A stretch of 64,000 nucleotides of DNA from Mesorhizobium sp. (GTDB lineage: Bacteria > Pseudomonadota > Alphaproteobacteria > Rhizobiales > Rhizobiaceae), in the NCBI GenBank assembly GCA_963966365.1, contig CAWZZC010000027.1:65989-129988 (forward strand), written 5' to 3'. The notes beneath the pieces were generated by a model. The model saw only the letters and a program-made list of their open reading frames with translations, had not been told where the DNA came from and made no database searches. Every line of letters starts with the position of its first letter. Positions within the stretch are counted from its first letter, which is position 1. Position numbers and translations under genes: made by a program. Shown one piece after another: positions 49,301-59,105 of the stretch.

Positions 49301-49404
49301 GCGGGAGGTTGGTGGTGGACGAGCCACTCGCCAACCGGGTCAGGTCCGGAAGGAAGCAGCCCTAACGAGCCACGGCACGGGTCACCGTGCCAGCCTCCCA
49401 CCTC
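49301..49404 (+). ncRNA. ffs: signal recognition particle RNA (small bacterial SRP / 4.5S RNA)
   Basis: CCGGGUCAGGUCCGGAAGGAAGCAGCC (49335-49361) matches the universally conserved domain IV with its GGAA tetraloop. The closing helix is GGGAGGUUGG (49303-49312) paired with CCAGCCUCCC (49390-49399). Located upstream of dnaX, as in many alphaproteobacteria. Ends are good to about 10 nt. Confidence 0.88.
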
Positions 49405-49495
49405 TTTCCCCGCCCCGCATTGACGGCCGGCGTTGCCCGCGCAAGAGTTCCGGCTCTGTGGATTAATGTCTTGCAAGACGGAGCGACATCGAGCC

Positions 49496-51310
49496 ATGAG
49501 CGAGGGCGCTACAGCCGACAGAACGAAAACGGGCGGCGCCTATCGCGTTCTGGCGCGCAAGTACCGGCCAACCAATTTCTCCGAGCTTATCGGCCAGGAG
49601 CCGATGGTGCGAACGCTGACCAATGCGTTCGCCTCCGGCCGCATCGCCCAGGCATGGATGCTGACGGGCGTGCGCGGCGTCGGAAAGACGACGACGGCGC
49701 GCATTCTCGCCCGCGCGCTCAACTACAGGACGGCCGAAATCGACCAGCCGACGGTCGACCTGGCTGCGGAGGGCGAGCATTGCCGCGCCATCATGGAGGG
49801 GCGCCATGTCGACGTGATCGAGATGGATGCCGCCTCCCATACCGGCGTCGACAACATGCGCGAACTGCTTGAGCAGGTGCGCTACGCACCTGTTTCAGCA
49901 CGCTACAAGGTCTACATCATCGACGAGGTGCACATGCTGTCGGGGGGCGCCTTCAACGCCATGTTGAAGACGCTCGAAGAGCCGCCACCGCATGTGAAGT
50001 TCATCTTTGCGACGACCGAAATCCGCAAGGTTCCGATCACCATCCTCTCGCGTTGCCAGCGCTTTGACCTGCGCCGCATCGACGCGACGGTGATCGCCAC
50101 GGATCTCAAGCGCATCGCCGGGCTGGAAGGCATCGAGGTCGAGGACGAGGCGCTGGCCATGGTGGCGCGCGCCGCGGAAGGTTCGATGCGCGACGCGCAG
50201 TCGATCTTCGACCAAGCGATTGCTCACAGCGCCGGCAAGGTGACGGCGGAGACGGTGCGCTCCATGCTCGGACTGGCTGACCGGGCGCGCGTGGTCGACC
50301 TGTTCGAGCATCTCATGAGCGGCAATGTCGCCGCCGCCCTGGCCGAATACCGTTCGCAATATGATGCCGGTGCGGACCCTGCCGTCGTGCTCACGGATCT
50401 GGCCGAGTTCAACCACCTGGTCACGCGCATCCGATTTGTGCCCGAAGCGGCCAATGACGCCTCGCTGACGGAAGAGGAGCGCCGGCGCGGCGAGGAATTC
50501 GCCGGCCGGCTTTCGGTTCGCGTCCTGTCGCGTGCCTGGCAAATGTTGCTCAAGGGCATCGCGGAAGTGCAGTCCGCCCACCGTCCCGTCGCAGCCGGCG
50601 AAATGGTGCTGATCCGCATCGCGCACGCGGCTGACCTGCCGACCCTCGACGAAGCGCTGAAGTCGCTGGAAGACGGCGACCGGCACGTGGCCGAGCCTCC
50701 GCGCGCCACAAGCGTGCAGGCACACGCGTCGCACGACGGTGGCAACGGCGGCGCAACGGCGGTCGCCGGGCAACGCCTTGCGACGTCGGGAAATGGCAAC
50801 GGGCCGGCCATGCGGCTCGTCGAGCAGGCCGCTCCGGCCGTAACGCCGGAACCGTCGCCGCAGCCGACCGCCGAGCCGCAGGTGGCGATCGCGTCGCTGG
50901 AGGATATCGTGGCGCTCGCGGATGCCAACCGAGACCTCGCCTTCAAGGTTCAGGTGAAACGCTGCGTGCGTCTGGTGCGCATCGAGCCCGGTATGCTCGA
51001 AGTCAACCTGACCGAGGATGCGCCCAAAACCCTTCTCAACGACCTGACCACCCGGCTCAAGAGCTGGAGCGGCCGCAACTGGTTCGTATCGCTGTCGCGA
51101 GAGCCGGGCGGCGAAACGCTGGCCGAAATCGAGGACAACCGCCGCGAGAGCGCGATCGTCAGCGCCAAGGCCGACCCCACAGTTGCGGCTGTGCTGGCGT
51201 CATTCCCCGGGGCGCGGATCACGGACGTGCGGATCTTCGAGGCCGACGACGATCTGGGGCCGGCGGACGTCGCCGACCCGGACGATGAACCCGACGACGA
51301 TGAATTGTGA
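49496..51310 (+). CDS. dnaX: DNA polymerase III subunits gamma/tau
   Basis: Track ORF 49433..51310 trimmed to the ATG at 49496 (MSEGATADR...YRVLARKYRPTNFSELIGQ). Walker A GVRGVGKTTTARI and Walker B IIDEVHML. Confidence 0.96.
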   Translation: MSEGATADRTKTGGAYRVLARKYRPTNFSELIGQEPMVRTLTNAFASGRIAQAWMLTGVRGVGKTTTARILARALNYRTAEIDQPTVDLAAEGEHCRAIMEGRHVDVIEMDAASHTGVDNMRELLEQVRYAPVSARYKVYIIDEVHMLSGGAFNAMLKTLEEPPPHVKFIFATTEIRKVPITILSRCQRFDLRRIDATVIATDLKRIAGLEGIEVEDEALAMVARAAEGSMRDAQSIFDQAIAHSAGKVTAETVRSMLGLADRARVVDLFEHLMSGNVAAALAEYRSQYDAGADPAVVLTDLAEFNHLVTRIRFVPEAANDASLTEEERRRGEEFAGRLSVRVLSRAWQMLLKGIAEVQSAHRPVAAGEMVLIRIAHAADLPTLDEALKSLEDGDRHVAEPPRATSVQAHASHDGGNGGATAVAGQRLATSGNGNGPAMRLVEQAAPAVTPEPSPQPTAEPQVAIASLEDIVALADANRDLAFKVQVKRCVRLVRIEPGMLEVNLTEDAPKTLLNDLTTRLKSWSGRNWFVSLSREPGGETLAEIEDNRRESAIVSAKADPTVAAVLASFPGARITDVRIFEADDDLGPADVADPDDEPDDDEL

Positions 51311-51331
51311 AACGACTGCGAGGATAATGAG

Positions 51332-51655
51332 ATGAAGGACCTCATGGGACTGATGGGCAAGGCCAAGGAAATGCAGGCCAAGTTCGAGGCCATGCAGCAG
51401 GAAGTGGCCAACATCGAAGCGGTCGGTCAGTCCGGCGGCGGTCTGGTCAGCGTGACGCTGTCCGGCAAGGGTGAGATGAAGGCGCTGAAGATCGACCCGT
51501 CGCTGTTCAAGGAGGACGAGGTCGAGATCCTCGAAGACCTGATCCTTGCCGCGCACAACGACGCGAAGGTCAAGCTCGAAGCCGTCATGCAGGAAAAGAG
51601 CAAGGAACTGACGGCCGGGCTGCCGATCCCGCCCGGGTTCAAGCTGCCGTTCTGA
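51332..51655 (+). CDS. ybaB: nucleoid-associated protein YbaB/EbfC
   Basis: 107 aa, [24 protein letters not shown]... Immediately downstream of dnaX. Confidence 0.95.
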   Translation: MKDLMGLMGKAKEMQAKFEAMQQEVANIEAVGQSGGGLVSVTLSGKGEMKALKIDPSLFKEDEVEILEDLILAAHNDAKVKLEAVMQEKSKELTAGLPIPPGFKLPF

Positions 51656-51782
51656 GAATCAAAGGTGCATTGATCCGCTGTCCGCCCAGTGCAGGCAGGG
51701 AATCGGCGCCCCGGCGGCAATGAAGGCGGCTTCAATTCTTTTGAAGCATGACCGCCTTGGCTGCTGCCGGAGCTGAACCTAC

Positions 51783-52772
51783 ATGGCGGCGATGATACCG
51801 ATCTCTGTTCTCGACCTTTCACCCGTCCCCGAAGGAAGCGACGTCGGCCAGTCGCTGAAGAACACGCTCGATCTGGCGCAGCACGCCGAACGATGGGGAT
51901 ACAGGCGCTATTGGCTGGCCGAGCACCACAACATGCCCGGTATCGCCAGCGCGGCCACAGCCGTCGTCATCGGCCATGTGGCGGCGGGAACCTCGACCAT
52001 CCGCGTCGGCGCCGGCGGCATCATGCTGCCCAACCACGCGCCGCTGATGGTGGCCGAGGCCTTCGGCACGCTGGCCGCACTCCACCCGGGCCGGATCGAC
52101 CTCGGGCTCGGCCGGGCGCCCGGAACGGACATGGCGACGGCACGGGCTCTACGCCGCAACATGCATTCGGACATCGATTCCTTCCCCCAGGATGTTGTGG
52201 AACTGATATCCTATTTCCGCGCGCCGCAGGAAGGACAGCGCGTGCAGGCCGTGCCCGGTGGCGGGCTGGATGTCCCGGTCTGGGTGCTCGGATCGAGCCT
52301 CTATGGAGCGCAACTCGCCGCCGCACTGGGCCTGCCCTACGCCTTCGCCTCGCATTTCGCACCCGGCGAACTCGACAATGCGGTGCGCATCTATCGCGAG
52401 CGGTTCGAGCCGTCGGAGCACCTCTCCAAGCCCTATGTCATGCTCGGGCTGAATGTCTTTGCGGCGGAGACGGATGAAGAAGCACAGTATCTGTTCTCTT
52501 CATTGCAGCAGGCTTTCGTCAATCTGCGCAGTGGACGGCCCGGCAAGCTTCCTCCACCCGTCGAGAATTTCGAGGCCGGACTGGAGCCCATGGCGAAAGC
52601 GATGCTCGATCATGCGCTTTCCTGTGCCGTTGTCGGTTCGCCGGACACGGTACAACGCGCTGTCAGGGCCTTTGCCGATCGGACGGGCGCCGACGAACTG
52701 ATGGTGACGGCGCAGGTCTTCGACCACGCAAAGCGCCTGCGCTCCTTCGAAATCCTGTCCGACGTGATCTGA
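51783..52772 (+). CDS. LLM-class flavin-dependent oxidoreductase (YhbW/LimB-like)
   Basis: 329 aa. [20 protein letters not shown] and [10 protein letters not shown] motifs of the luciferase-like family. Confidence 0.85.
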   Translation: MAAMIPISVLDLSPVPEGSDVGQSLKNTLDLAQHAERWGYRRYWLAEHHNMPGIASAATAVVIGHVAAGTSTIRVGAGGIMLPNHAPLMVAEAFGTLAALHPGRIDLGLGRAPGTDMATARALRRNMHSDIDSFPQDVVELISYFRAPQEGQRVQAVPGGGLDVPVWVLGSSLYGAQLAAALGLPYAFASHFAPGELDNAVRIYRERFEPSEHLSKPYVMLGLNVFAAETDEEAQYLFSSLQQAFVNLRSGRPGKLPPPVENFEAGLEPMAKAMLDHALSCAVVGSPDTVQRAVRAFADRTGADELMVTAQVFDHAKRLRSFEILSDVI

Positions 52773-52865
52773 AGACGCCGCCGGCGACTGCGGCGATCCG
52801 GGGCTCAATCCAACTGGCAGCGCATCTGGCGTCCGCCCGAACCATGCATTCGCGCGGGACGTGCG

Positions 52866-53867
52866 CTACAACTTGCTGGGCAGGACGCGGTCGGGCGGCC
52901 GGTGCCCGTCGAAGAAGGTCCGGATGTTGATCAGCACCTTCTCGCCCATGTCGATGCGGCCCTCGATCGTGGCCGAACCCATGTGCGGCAGCAGCACGAT
53001 CTTTCCCTTCGTGGCGAGCTTCACCAGCTTCGGATTGACGGCCGGCTCGTGCTCGAAGACATCGAGACCGGCGCCGGCAAGCTTGCCGCTTTCGACCATT
53101 TCGATCAACGCCGCCTCATCGATGATCTCTCCGCGCGCCGTGTTGACGATATAGGCACGCGGCTGCATCAGCGCGAGACGCCGCGCCGACAGGAGATGGA
53201 AGGTCGCCGGCGTCGAAGGGCAATTGACCGAGATGATGTCCATGCGGGCCAGCATCTGGTCGAGGCTTTCCCAATATGTCGCCTCGAGCTCCTCTTCGAT
53301 CGCCGGAGCGACCCGATTGCGGTTGTGATAGTGGATCGACAGGCCGAAGGCTTTGGCGCGCCGCGCAACGGCCGTGCCGATGCGCCCCATGCCGACGATC
53401 CCGAGCCGCTTGCCCCAGATGCGATGACCGAGCATCCAGGTCGGCGACCAGCCGTTCCATTTGCCTTCGCCGCGAAACACGTTGGCGCCCTCGATGAGGC
53501 GGCGCGGCACGGTCAGGATCAGCCCCATCGTCATGTCGGCCGTGTCTTCGGTCAGAACGTTCGGCGTATTGGTGACGGTGATGCCCTTGCGGGAGGCGGC
53601 CTCGACATCGATGTGCTCGACGCCATTGCCGAAATTGGCCATCAGCTTGAGTTGGGGACCGGCCTGGGCGATCAGCGCGGCATCAATGCGGTCCGTGATG
53701 GTCGGCACGAGAACGTCGGCCTCCTTCACGGCTGCAACCAGTTCCGGCTGTGTCAGAGGCTTGTCTTCAATGTTGAGACGGGCGTCGAAAAGTTCGCGCA
53801 TGCGGGTTTCGACGGGGTCCGGCAGTTTCCGCGTGATGACCACCAAAGGTTTTTTTCTGCCCGCCAT
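52866..53867 (-). CDS. D-2-hydroxyacid dehydrogenase (glyoxylate/hydroxypyruvate reductase B-like)
   Basis: Track ORF 52866..53909 trimmed to the ATG at 53867 (MAGRKKPLVVITRKL...). NAD site GIVGMGRIGTAVA and the catalytic region NTARG...DVFEHEP...LPHMGS. Confidence 0.88.
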   Translation of the reverse strand: MAGRKKPLVVITRKLPDPVETRMRELFDARLNIEDKPLTQPELVAAVKEADVLVPTITDRIDAALIAQAGPQLKLMANFGNGVEHIDVEAASRKGITVTNTPNVLTEDTADMTMGLILTVPRRLIEGANVFRGEGKWNGWSPTWMLGHRIWGKRLGIVGMGRIGTAVARRAKAFGLSIHYHNRNRVAPAIEEELEATYWESLDQMLARMDIISVNCPSTPATFHLLSARRLALMQPRAYIVNTARGEIIDEAALIEMVESGKLAGAGLDVFEHEPAVNPKLVKLATKGKIVLLPHMGSATIEGRIDMGEKVLINIRTFFDGHRPPDRVLPSKL

Positions 53868-54018
53868 CGTTTCCTCGCGCCCGGGTCCTGTTGAGACCTC
53901 TTTAACCAAGACGGGCGATATTCCAAAGCCGTATCAGCCCGGTTCCTGTGTACCAACAGGTCCGGGCAATGACAAAGAAAAACAGGCAAGCGCGCCCATC
54001 GCATCCAAGGCGCATCGC

Positions 54019-54600
54019 ATGGAAAGAGGATTGAAATTGTTTCGCTACGTGCCGCTCCGTCCGATAATCAGCGCTGTGCTCGTGAGCCTTGTTCTGGTGA
54101 CGCTCCCGCTGGGCGGCGCCGGTCTCGGCGGCATGGCGGCGGCACAGTCGGTGACACGCGGACCGAGCGGCCTGCCATTGCCGCGCTTCGTGAGCCTGAA
54201 GGCGAGCCGGGTCAACTTGCGCGTCGGCCCGGGCCGCAACTATTCCGTGGACTGGATGTACATGAAATCCGGACTGCCGATGGAGATCATCCAGGAATAC
54301 GACAACTGGCGCCGTGTGCGTGATTCGGAAGGAACGGAAGGATGGGTCAACCAGTCCCTTCTGTCAGGACGGCGGACCGGTCTCGTCACCCCCTGGAACA
54401 AGGGCAAGGAGATCGAGATCAGCCTGCTTGCGGAACCGGATGACGGCGCGCGCGTCGTTGCCCTGCTGCAGCCCGGCGCGCTTGGCACGATCCACGTCTG
54501 CAACGGCAACTGGTGCGAGATGAGCTTCGACGGCCACGAAGGCTGGATCAGCCAGAAGATGATCTGGGGTGCCTATCCGGGCGAGCGGATCACGGACTGA
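54019..54600 (+). CDS. secreted SH3-like domain protein (COG3807-type)
   Basis: The real start is the ATG at 54019 inside track ORF 53461..54600. Signal/TM segment, then two SH3b-like units (RFVSLKASRVNLRVGPG...GWV; ...GNWCEMSFDGHEGWI). Confidence 0.75.
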   Translation: MERGLKLFRYVPLRPIISAVLVSLVLVTLPLGGAGLGGMAAAQSVTRGPSGLPLPRFVSLKASRVNLRVGPGRNYSVDWMYMKSGLPMEIIQEYDNWRRVRDSEGTEGWVNQSLLSGRRTGLVTPWNKGKEIEISLLAEPDDGARVVALLQPGALGTIHVCNGNWCEMSFDGHEGWISQKMIWGAYPGERITD

Positions 54601-54661
54601 TCATCCCGACCCTTCGAGAGCGATGCCGCGCCTCCACGACAACAGAGGCGCTGCCGGACGC

Positions 54662-55102
54662 TCAGGCGCGCGGCTTGCGCCTCAGGCGAACCACGATATC
54701 GATGTTGGCAATTTCCATGCCTTCCGGCGGCTCGGGGAGATTCGTCACAGTGACCGGACCGCCCGCAATGTCGAGCAACGTATTGTCGCTCTCGATATAG
54801 AAATGGTGATGGTCCGACGTATTCGTGTCGAAATAGGTCTTTGCGCCCTCGACTGCGACAATGCGCAACATGCCCGCTTCGGTGAACTGGTGCAGCGTGT
54901 TGTAGACGGTCGCCAGCGAAACGGGAAACCCGGCGGCCAGCGCCTCTTCATGCAGTTCTTCAGCCGCAAGATGGCGATCGCCCTTGGCAAACAGCAGGCT
55001 GGCCAGGGCCACGCGCTGCCGCGTCGGACGCAAGCCGGCCGACCGCACCTTGGCGGTCACTTCCGTTTCGTCGATCCGTTCCTGCATTCGGTCCCGTTCC
55101 AT
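54662..55102 (-). CDS. irr: iron response regulator Irr (Fur family)
   Basis: Track ORF 54662..55288 trimmed to the ATG at 55102. GLRPTRQRVALASLLF...VSLATVYNTLHQFTEAGMLR...FDTNTSDHHHFY closely matches Bradyrhizobium Irr, including the HHH haem motif. Divergent from fabA, as in Rhizobiales. Confidence 0.9.
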   Translation of the reverse strand: MERDRMQERIDETEVTAKVRSAGLRPTRQRVALASLLFAKGDRHLAAEELHEEALAAGFPVSLATVYNTLHQFTEAGMLRIVAVEGAKTYFDTNTSDHHHFYIESDNTLLDIAGGPVTVTNLPEPPEGMEIANIDIVVRLRRKPRA

Positions 55103-55330
55103 TGTCCGATGGGCGCGTGCACATCGCGACGCATTTTCAATGCCGATGTAGCAAAACCCCTTCCACAGCATATATTCCGTCGCGAATTGCAGATCAATAG
55201 CGCCACATTGACCCGTGCCCCGCATCACGATAAGCGCAGGCATCGGTTTTCGGCGGCATGCCGTCCGTGCTAGTGATGAGATCGACAAGGATCGGCGAAG
55301 TGCCGACGGGGACGAGCGGGAAGGATTTCA

Positions 55331-55843
55331 ATGTCGGATAGAAAATCCAGCTTCGGATATGACGAGCTTCTCGCTTGCGCCAGGGGCGAGTTGTTCGGCC
55401 CCGGCAACGCCCAGCTTCCGGCCCCGCCGATGCTGATGTTCGACCGCATCACCGAAGTGCGCGAGGAAGGCGGCGAATACGGCAAGGGCTTCATCCGCGC
55501 CGAACTCGACATCAAGCCGGACCTCTGGTTCTTCCCGTGCCACTTCATCGGCAATCCGGTCATGCCCGGCTGTCTCGGACTGGACGCCCTCTGGCAGATG
55601 ACGGGCTTCTTCCTCGGCTGGCTCGGACTGCCCGGCAAGGGCATGGCCCTGTCGACGGGCGAGGTCAAGTTCAAGGGCATGGTCACACCTGACGTCAAGA
55701 AGGTGGAATACGGCGTCGATTTCAAGCGTGTCATGCGCGGCCGGCTGGTGCTGGGCATCGCCGACGGCTGGCTGAAGGCCGACGGGGACACCATCTACAC
55801 GGCCACCGACCTGCGGGTCGGCCTGTCCAAACAGGAAGCATGA
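55331..55843 (+). CDS. fabA: 3-hydroxydecanoyl-ACP dehydratase/isomerase
   Basis: 170 aa. [12 protein letters not shown] and [23 protein letters not shown] active-site region. Confidence 0.96.
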   Translation: MSDRKSSFGYDELLACARGELFGPGNAQLPAPPMLMFDRITEVREEGGEYGKGFIRAELDIKPDLWFFPCHFIGNPVMPGCLGLDALWQMTGFFLGWLGLPGKGMALSTGEVKFKGMVTPDVKKVEYGVDFKRVMRGRLVLGIADGWLKADGDTIYTATDLRVGLSKQEA

Positions 55844-55892
55844 ACCGAACGCATATACGGGCATCCTGCCTCCAGACTCCAGGGAGAGCCAC

Positions 55893-57113
55893 ATGAGACG
55901 CGTCGTCGTCACCGGATTGGGTATCGTGTCCTCGATCGGCAACAACGCCGATGAAGTTCAGGCTTCATTGCGCGAAGCCAGATCGGGCATCACATTCTCG
56001 GAAGAATTCGCCGAGCACGGTTTCCGCTGCCAGGTCTGGGGGGCGCCGAAGCTCGACCCGAGCGAGCTGGTCGACCGCCGTGCACTGCGCTTCCTCTCCA
56101 AGGGCGGCGCATGGAACCATGTCGCCATGCAGCAGGCGATCGCCGATGCCGGACTGAAGGAAGGCGAGATAAGCCACGAGCGTATCGGCATCATCATGGG
56201 CTCGGGCGGCCCGTCGACCCGCACCATTGTGGAGGCGGCCGAAACGACCTTGAAGAACAACAGCCCCAAGCGTATCGGACCCTTTGCGGTGCCCAAGGCA
56301 ATGTCGTCCACGGCTTCGGCCACGCTTGCCACCTGGTTCAAGATCCACGGCGTCAACTACACGATTTCCTCCGCCTGCTCCACGTCGGCGCACTGCATCG
56401 GCAATGCGTACGAACTGATCCAGTGGGGCAAGCAGGACATGATCTTCGCCGGCGGCCATGAGGATCTCGACTGGACGATGTCCAACCTGTTTGACGCCAT
56501 GGGCGCCATGTCGTCGAAATACAACGACCGCGCAGGCAGCGCCTCGCGGGCCTATGACGTCAATCGCGACGGCTTCGTGATCGCCGGCGGCGCGGGGGTC
56601 CTCGTTCTGGAGGAACTCGAGCACGCAAAGGCGCGCGGGGCGACGATCTACGCCGAGATCACGGGATATGGCGCGACCTCCGACGGCTTCGACATGGTTC
56701 AGCCTTCCGGCGAAGGCGCGGTGCGCTGCATGCGCCAGGCGCTCAGTACCGTCGACGGCAAGGTGGACTACATCAACACCCACGGCACCTCGACTCCAGT
56801 CGGCGATTCGCGCGAGATTGGTGCGATCCGCGAAGTGTTCGGCGACGAAATGCCGCATATCGCATCCACCAAGTCGCTCACCGGCCATTCGCTGGGCGGC
56901 GCCGGCGTGCAGGAATCGATCTATTCGATCCTGATGATGCAGGGCGGTTTCATCGGTGAGAGTGCCCATATCGAGGAACTCGATCCGGAATTCGAAGGTG
57001 TGCCGATCGTGCGCAAGCGCATCGACGATGCGAAGATCGACACGGTCCTGTCGAACTCCTTCGGATTTGGCGGCACCAACGCCACTCTCGTCTTCCAGCG
57101 TTATTCTGCGTAG
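55893..57113 (+). CDS. fabB: beta-ketoacyl-ACP synthase I
   Basis: 406 aa. Active-site Cys context [12 protein letters not shown], with the His-His pair in NTHGTSTP and KSLTGHSLG. Confidence 0.95.
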   Translation: MRRVVVTGLGIVSSIGNNADEVQASLREARSGITFSEEFAEHGFRCQVWGAPKLDPSELVDRRALRFLSKGGAWNHVAMQQAIADAGLKEGEISHERIGIIMGSGGPSTRTIVEAAETTLKNNSPKRIGPFAVPKAMSSTASATLATWFKIHGVNYTISSACSTSAHCIGNAYELIQWGKQDMIFAGGHEDLDWTMSNLFDAMGAMSSKYNDRAGSASRAYDVNRDGFVIAGGAGVLVLEELEHAKARGATIYAEITGYGATSDGFDMVQPSGEGAVRCMRQALSTVDGKVDYINTHGTSTPVGDSREIGAIREVFGDEMPHIASTKSLTGHSLGGAGVQESIYSILMMQGGFIGESAHIEELDPEFEGVPIVRKRIDDAKIDTVLSNSFGFGGTNATLVFQRYSA

Positions 57114-57124
57114 GAACTCCTGCC

Positions 57125-57940
57125 ATGACAGCGATTATGCAGGGCAAGCGGGGCCTGATCATGGGCGTCGCCAACGATCATTCCATCGCATGGGGCATTG
57201 CCCGCAAGCTCGCGGAACAGGGCGCCGAACTGGCATTCACCTATCAGGGAGAGGCGTTCGGCCGGCGCGTGAAGCCGCTTGCAGACAAGGTCGGCGCGAA
57301 GCTCGTGCTGCCCTGCGACGTCGAGGACAGCGCGTCGGTCGATTCGGTATTCGAGACGCTGGACAAGGAATGGGGCGGCCTGGATTTCATCGTTCATGCC
57401 ATCGGCTTTTCCGACAAGAACGAGCTCAAAGGTCTTTACGCCGATACGACGCGCGAGAATTTCGTGCGCACCATGGTCATTTCCTGCTTCTCGTTCACGG
57501 AGGTGGCAAGGCGGGCGGCGGCGATGATGAGCGAAGGTGGCGCGATGCTCACCCTGACCTATGCAGGCTCCGAGCGCATCATGCCGAACTACAATGTCAT
57601 GGGTGTCGCCAAGGCCGCGCTGGAGGCCAGCGTGCGCTACCTGGCGAATGATTTCGGCCCGCGTGGCATCCGCGTCAACGCCATCTCGGCCGGTCCCGTG
57701 CGCACTCTTGCCGGCTCCGGCGTCGCCGATGCCCGTCACATGTTCGCCTATCAGAGCCGCAACGCGCCGCTCAGGCGCACGGTCAACATCGACGAAGTCG
57801 GAGGTTCGGCGCTCTATCTCCTGTCGGATCTGGCTTCCGGCGTCACAGGTGAGATCCACTTTGTCGATTCGGGCTATCACATCACCTCCATGCCGACGCT
57901 GGAGGAACTGAAGAGCTGGGAACGGGGCAACGCCGACTGA
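57125..57940 (+). CDS. fabI: enoyl-ACP reductase (NADH)
   Basis: 271 aa. GLIMGVANDHSIAWGIA N-terminus and the YNVMGVAKAALEA catalytic Tyr/Lys region. Confidence 0.95.
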   Translation: MTAIMQGKRGLIMGVANDHSIAWGIARKLAEQGAELAFTYQGEAFGRRVKPLADKVGAKLVLPCDVEDSASVDSVFETLDKEWGGLDFIVHAIGFSDKNELKGLYADTTRENFVRTMVISCFSFTEVARRAAAMMSEGGAMLTLTYAGSERIMPNYNVMGVAKAALEASVRYLANDFGPRGIRVNAISAGPVRTLAGSGVADARHMFAYQSRNAPLRRTVNIDEVGGSALYLLSDLASGVTGEIHFVDSGYHITSMPTLEELKSWERGNAD

Positions 57941-57973
57941 TCGGCGCATCTGCGCTCACTAGCCCGCAACGCT

Positions 57974-58984
57974 CTATCGCCGCGCCCACATCACCTTGAA
58001 ACCCTGCTCGCGTGCGACCTCGCCAAAGCTGGAGAACGCCGTCTCCAGCGTCTTCTCGTATGGCAAGGGGCTGTTGGCGACCATGAACAGACGGCCACCT
58101 GGCTTGAGGGCAGCCGAGGCAGCACGGATCATGCCCTGGCCAATGGCCGGATCGGCGGCACGCCCCTGGTGAAAGGGCGGGTTCATCACGATGAAATCGT
58201 ACTGCCGCGCAACAGATTCCTGCAGCAGATCGTACCAGAAGAGGCCAACCGGCACGTCGCCGGCCATTCTTTCCAGGTTCCGGCCTGCCGCCTGCAATGA
58301 GGCATGGTCGGCCTCGTAAAGATCAAGTGCGCTGATGCCCTCACCGCGTTTCAAGACTTCGGCGGAAAGATAACCCCAGCCGGCACCGAAATCCGCGACC
58401 CGTCCGTGCAACTTGTCAGGCAGATGCCCGGCCAACAGCATCGAGGCCCGGTCGATCCGGTCGTGCGAGAACATGCCCGGCGTCGTCTCGAAGCGTTCCC
58501 CGACAAGCCCGCTGTCCTTGGGCCGCAACGCGGCCGCAGCGGCCGGATCGTTGTCGAACCAAAAGACAACGCCATGATGCTTGGAGAGATGGCCGCCCAG
58601 GGGCACGATACCGGCGGTTCTCTTGCGCAGGCTGTCAGCCCCTTCCTTCTTGCCGCCCGCGGCGATGACAAGCCCTCCGGCCCTCACCCGCTGCGCGGCT
58701 TCCGCCAGCCAGGCCTCGTTCTGCCCGCGATGGCGCCCGACAAACACCAGGGCAAGATCGTAGTCCTCGCCGTCCGGCTGCGGCGATACCGCAAAACCGC
58801 TCTGCTTCAGCGCCAGATAGGCGGGACGATACCCCTGCACGGCCTGGACGCGGCCACCGAAACCGGCGGGCAGACGCAGTCTATCAGGAGCGCCCAGCAC
58901 CAAGAGGCGCGTCTTCTCGTCCGGCATGTCGAGAATGCCGGCTTCAAAGGGATGAAACAGGGTCTTCTGTGCGTCATCTGGCAT
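57974..58984 (-). CDS. class I SAM-dependent methyltransferase, RsmC/RlmG-like (rRNA m2G type)
   Basis: 336 aa. SAM-binding VADFGAGWGYLS and the N-methyltransferase motif VMNPPFH. Confidence 0.8.
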   Translation of the reverse strand: MPDDAQKTLFHPFEAGILDMPDEKTRLLVLGAPDRLRLPAGFGGRVQAVQGYRPAYLALKQSGFAVSPQPDGEDYDLALVFVGRHRGQNEAWLAEAAQRVRAGGLVIAAGGKKEGADSLRKRTAGIVPLGGHLSKHHGVVFWFDNDPAAAAALRPKDSGLVGERFETTPGMFSHDRIDRASMLLAGHLPDKLHGRVADFGAGWGYLSAEVLKRGEGISALDLYEADHASLQAAGRNLERMAGDVPVGLFWYDLLQESVARQYDFIVMNPPFHQGRAADPAIGQGMIRAASAALKPGGRLFMVANSPLPYEKTLETAFSSFGEVAREQGFKVMWARR

Positions 58985-59050
58985 CTGCGGACCTTATGTT
59001 GAAGGAGAACGGGGAACAGGCCTTGATTTGCCAGGCAGAAGGCGCTTGAC

Positions 59051-59082
59051 AAGAAAACGGGCGCGCCAAAAGGCGCGCCCGT
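59051..59082 (-). terminator. rho-independent terminator of pnp
   Basis: Perfect 11-bp stem ACGGGCGCGCC-aaaa-GGCGCGCCCGT. On the minus strand it is followed by TTTTCTTG. Confidence 0.85.
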
Positions 59083-59105
59083 GGCTCCGTCCCAGCCCTT
59101 TTCGA

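Noticed and set aside
55103-55330. The irr-fabA divergent spacer, inspected for Fur, Irr (ICE) or RirA operator motifs.
   Set aside because: There are only weak 4-5 bp palindromes (GCATT-ttc-AATGC and ATTG-cagat-CAAT), with no convincing match to the ICE (TTTAGAA-N3-TTCTAAA-like) or Fur-box consensus.
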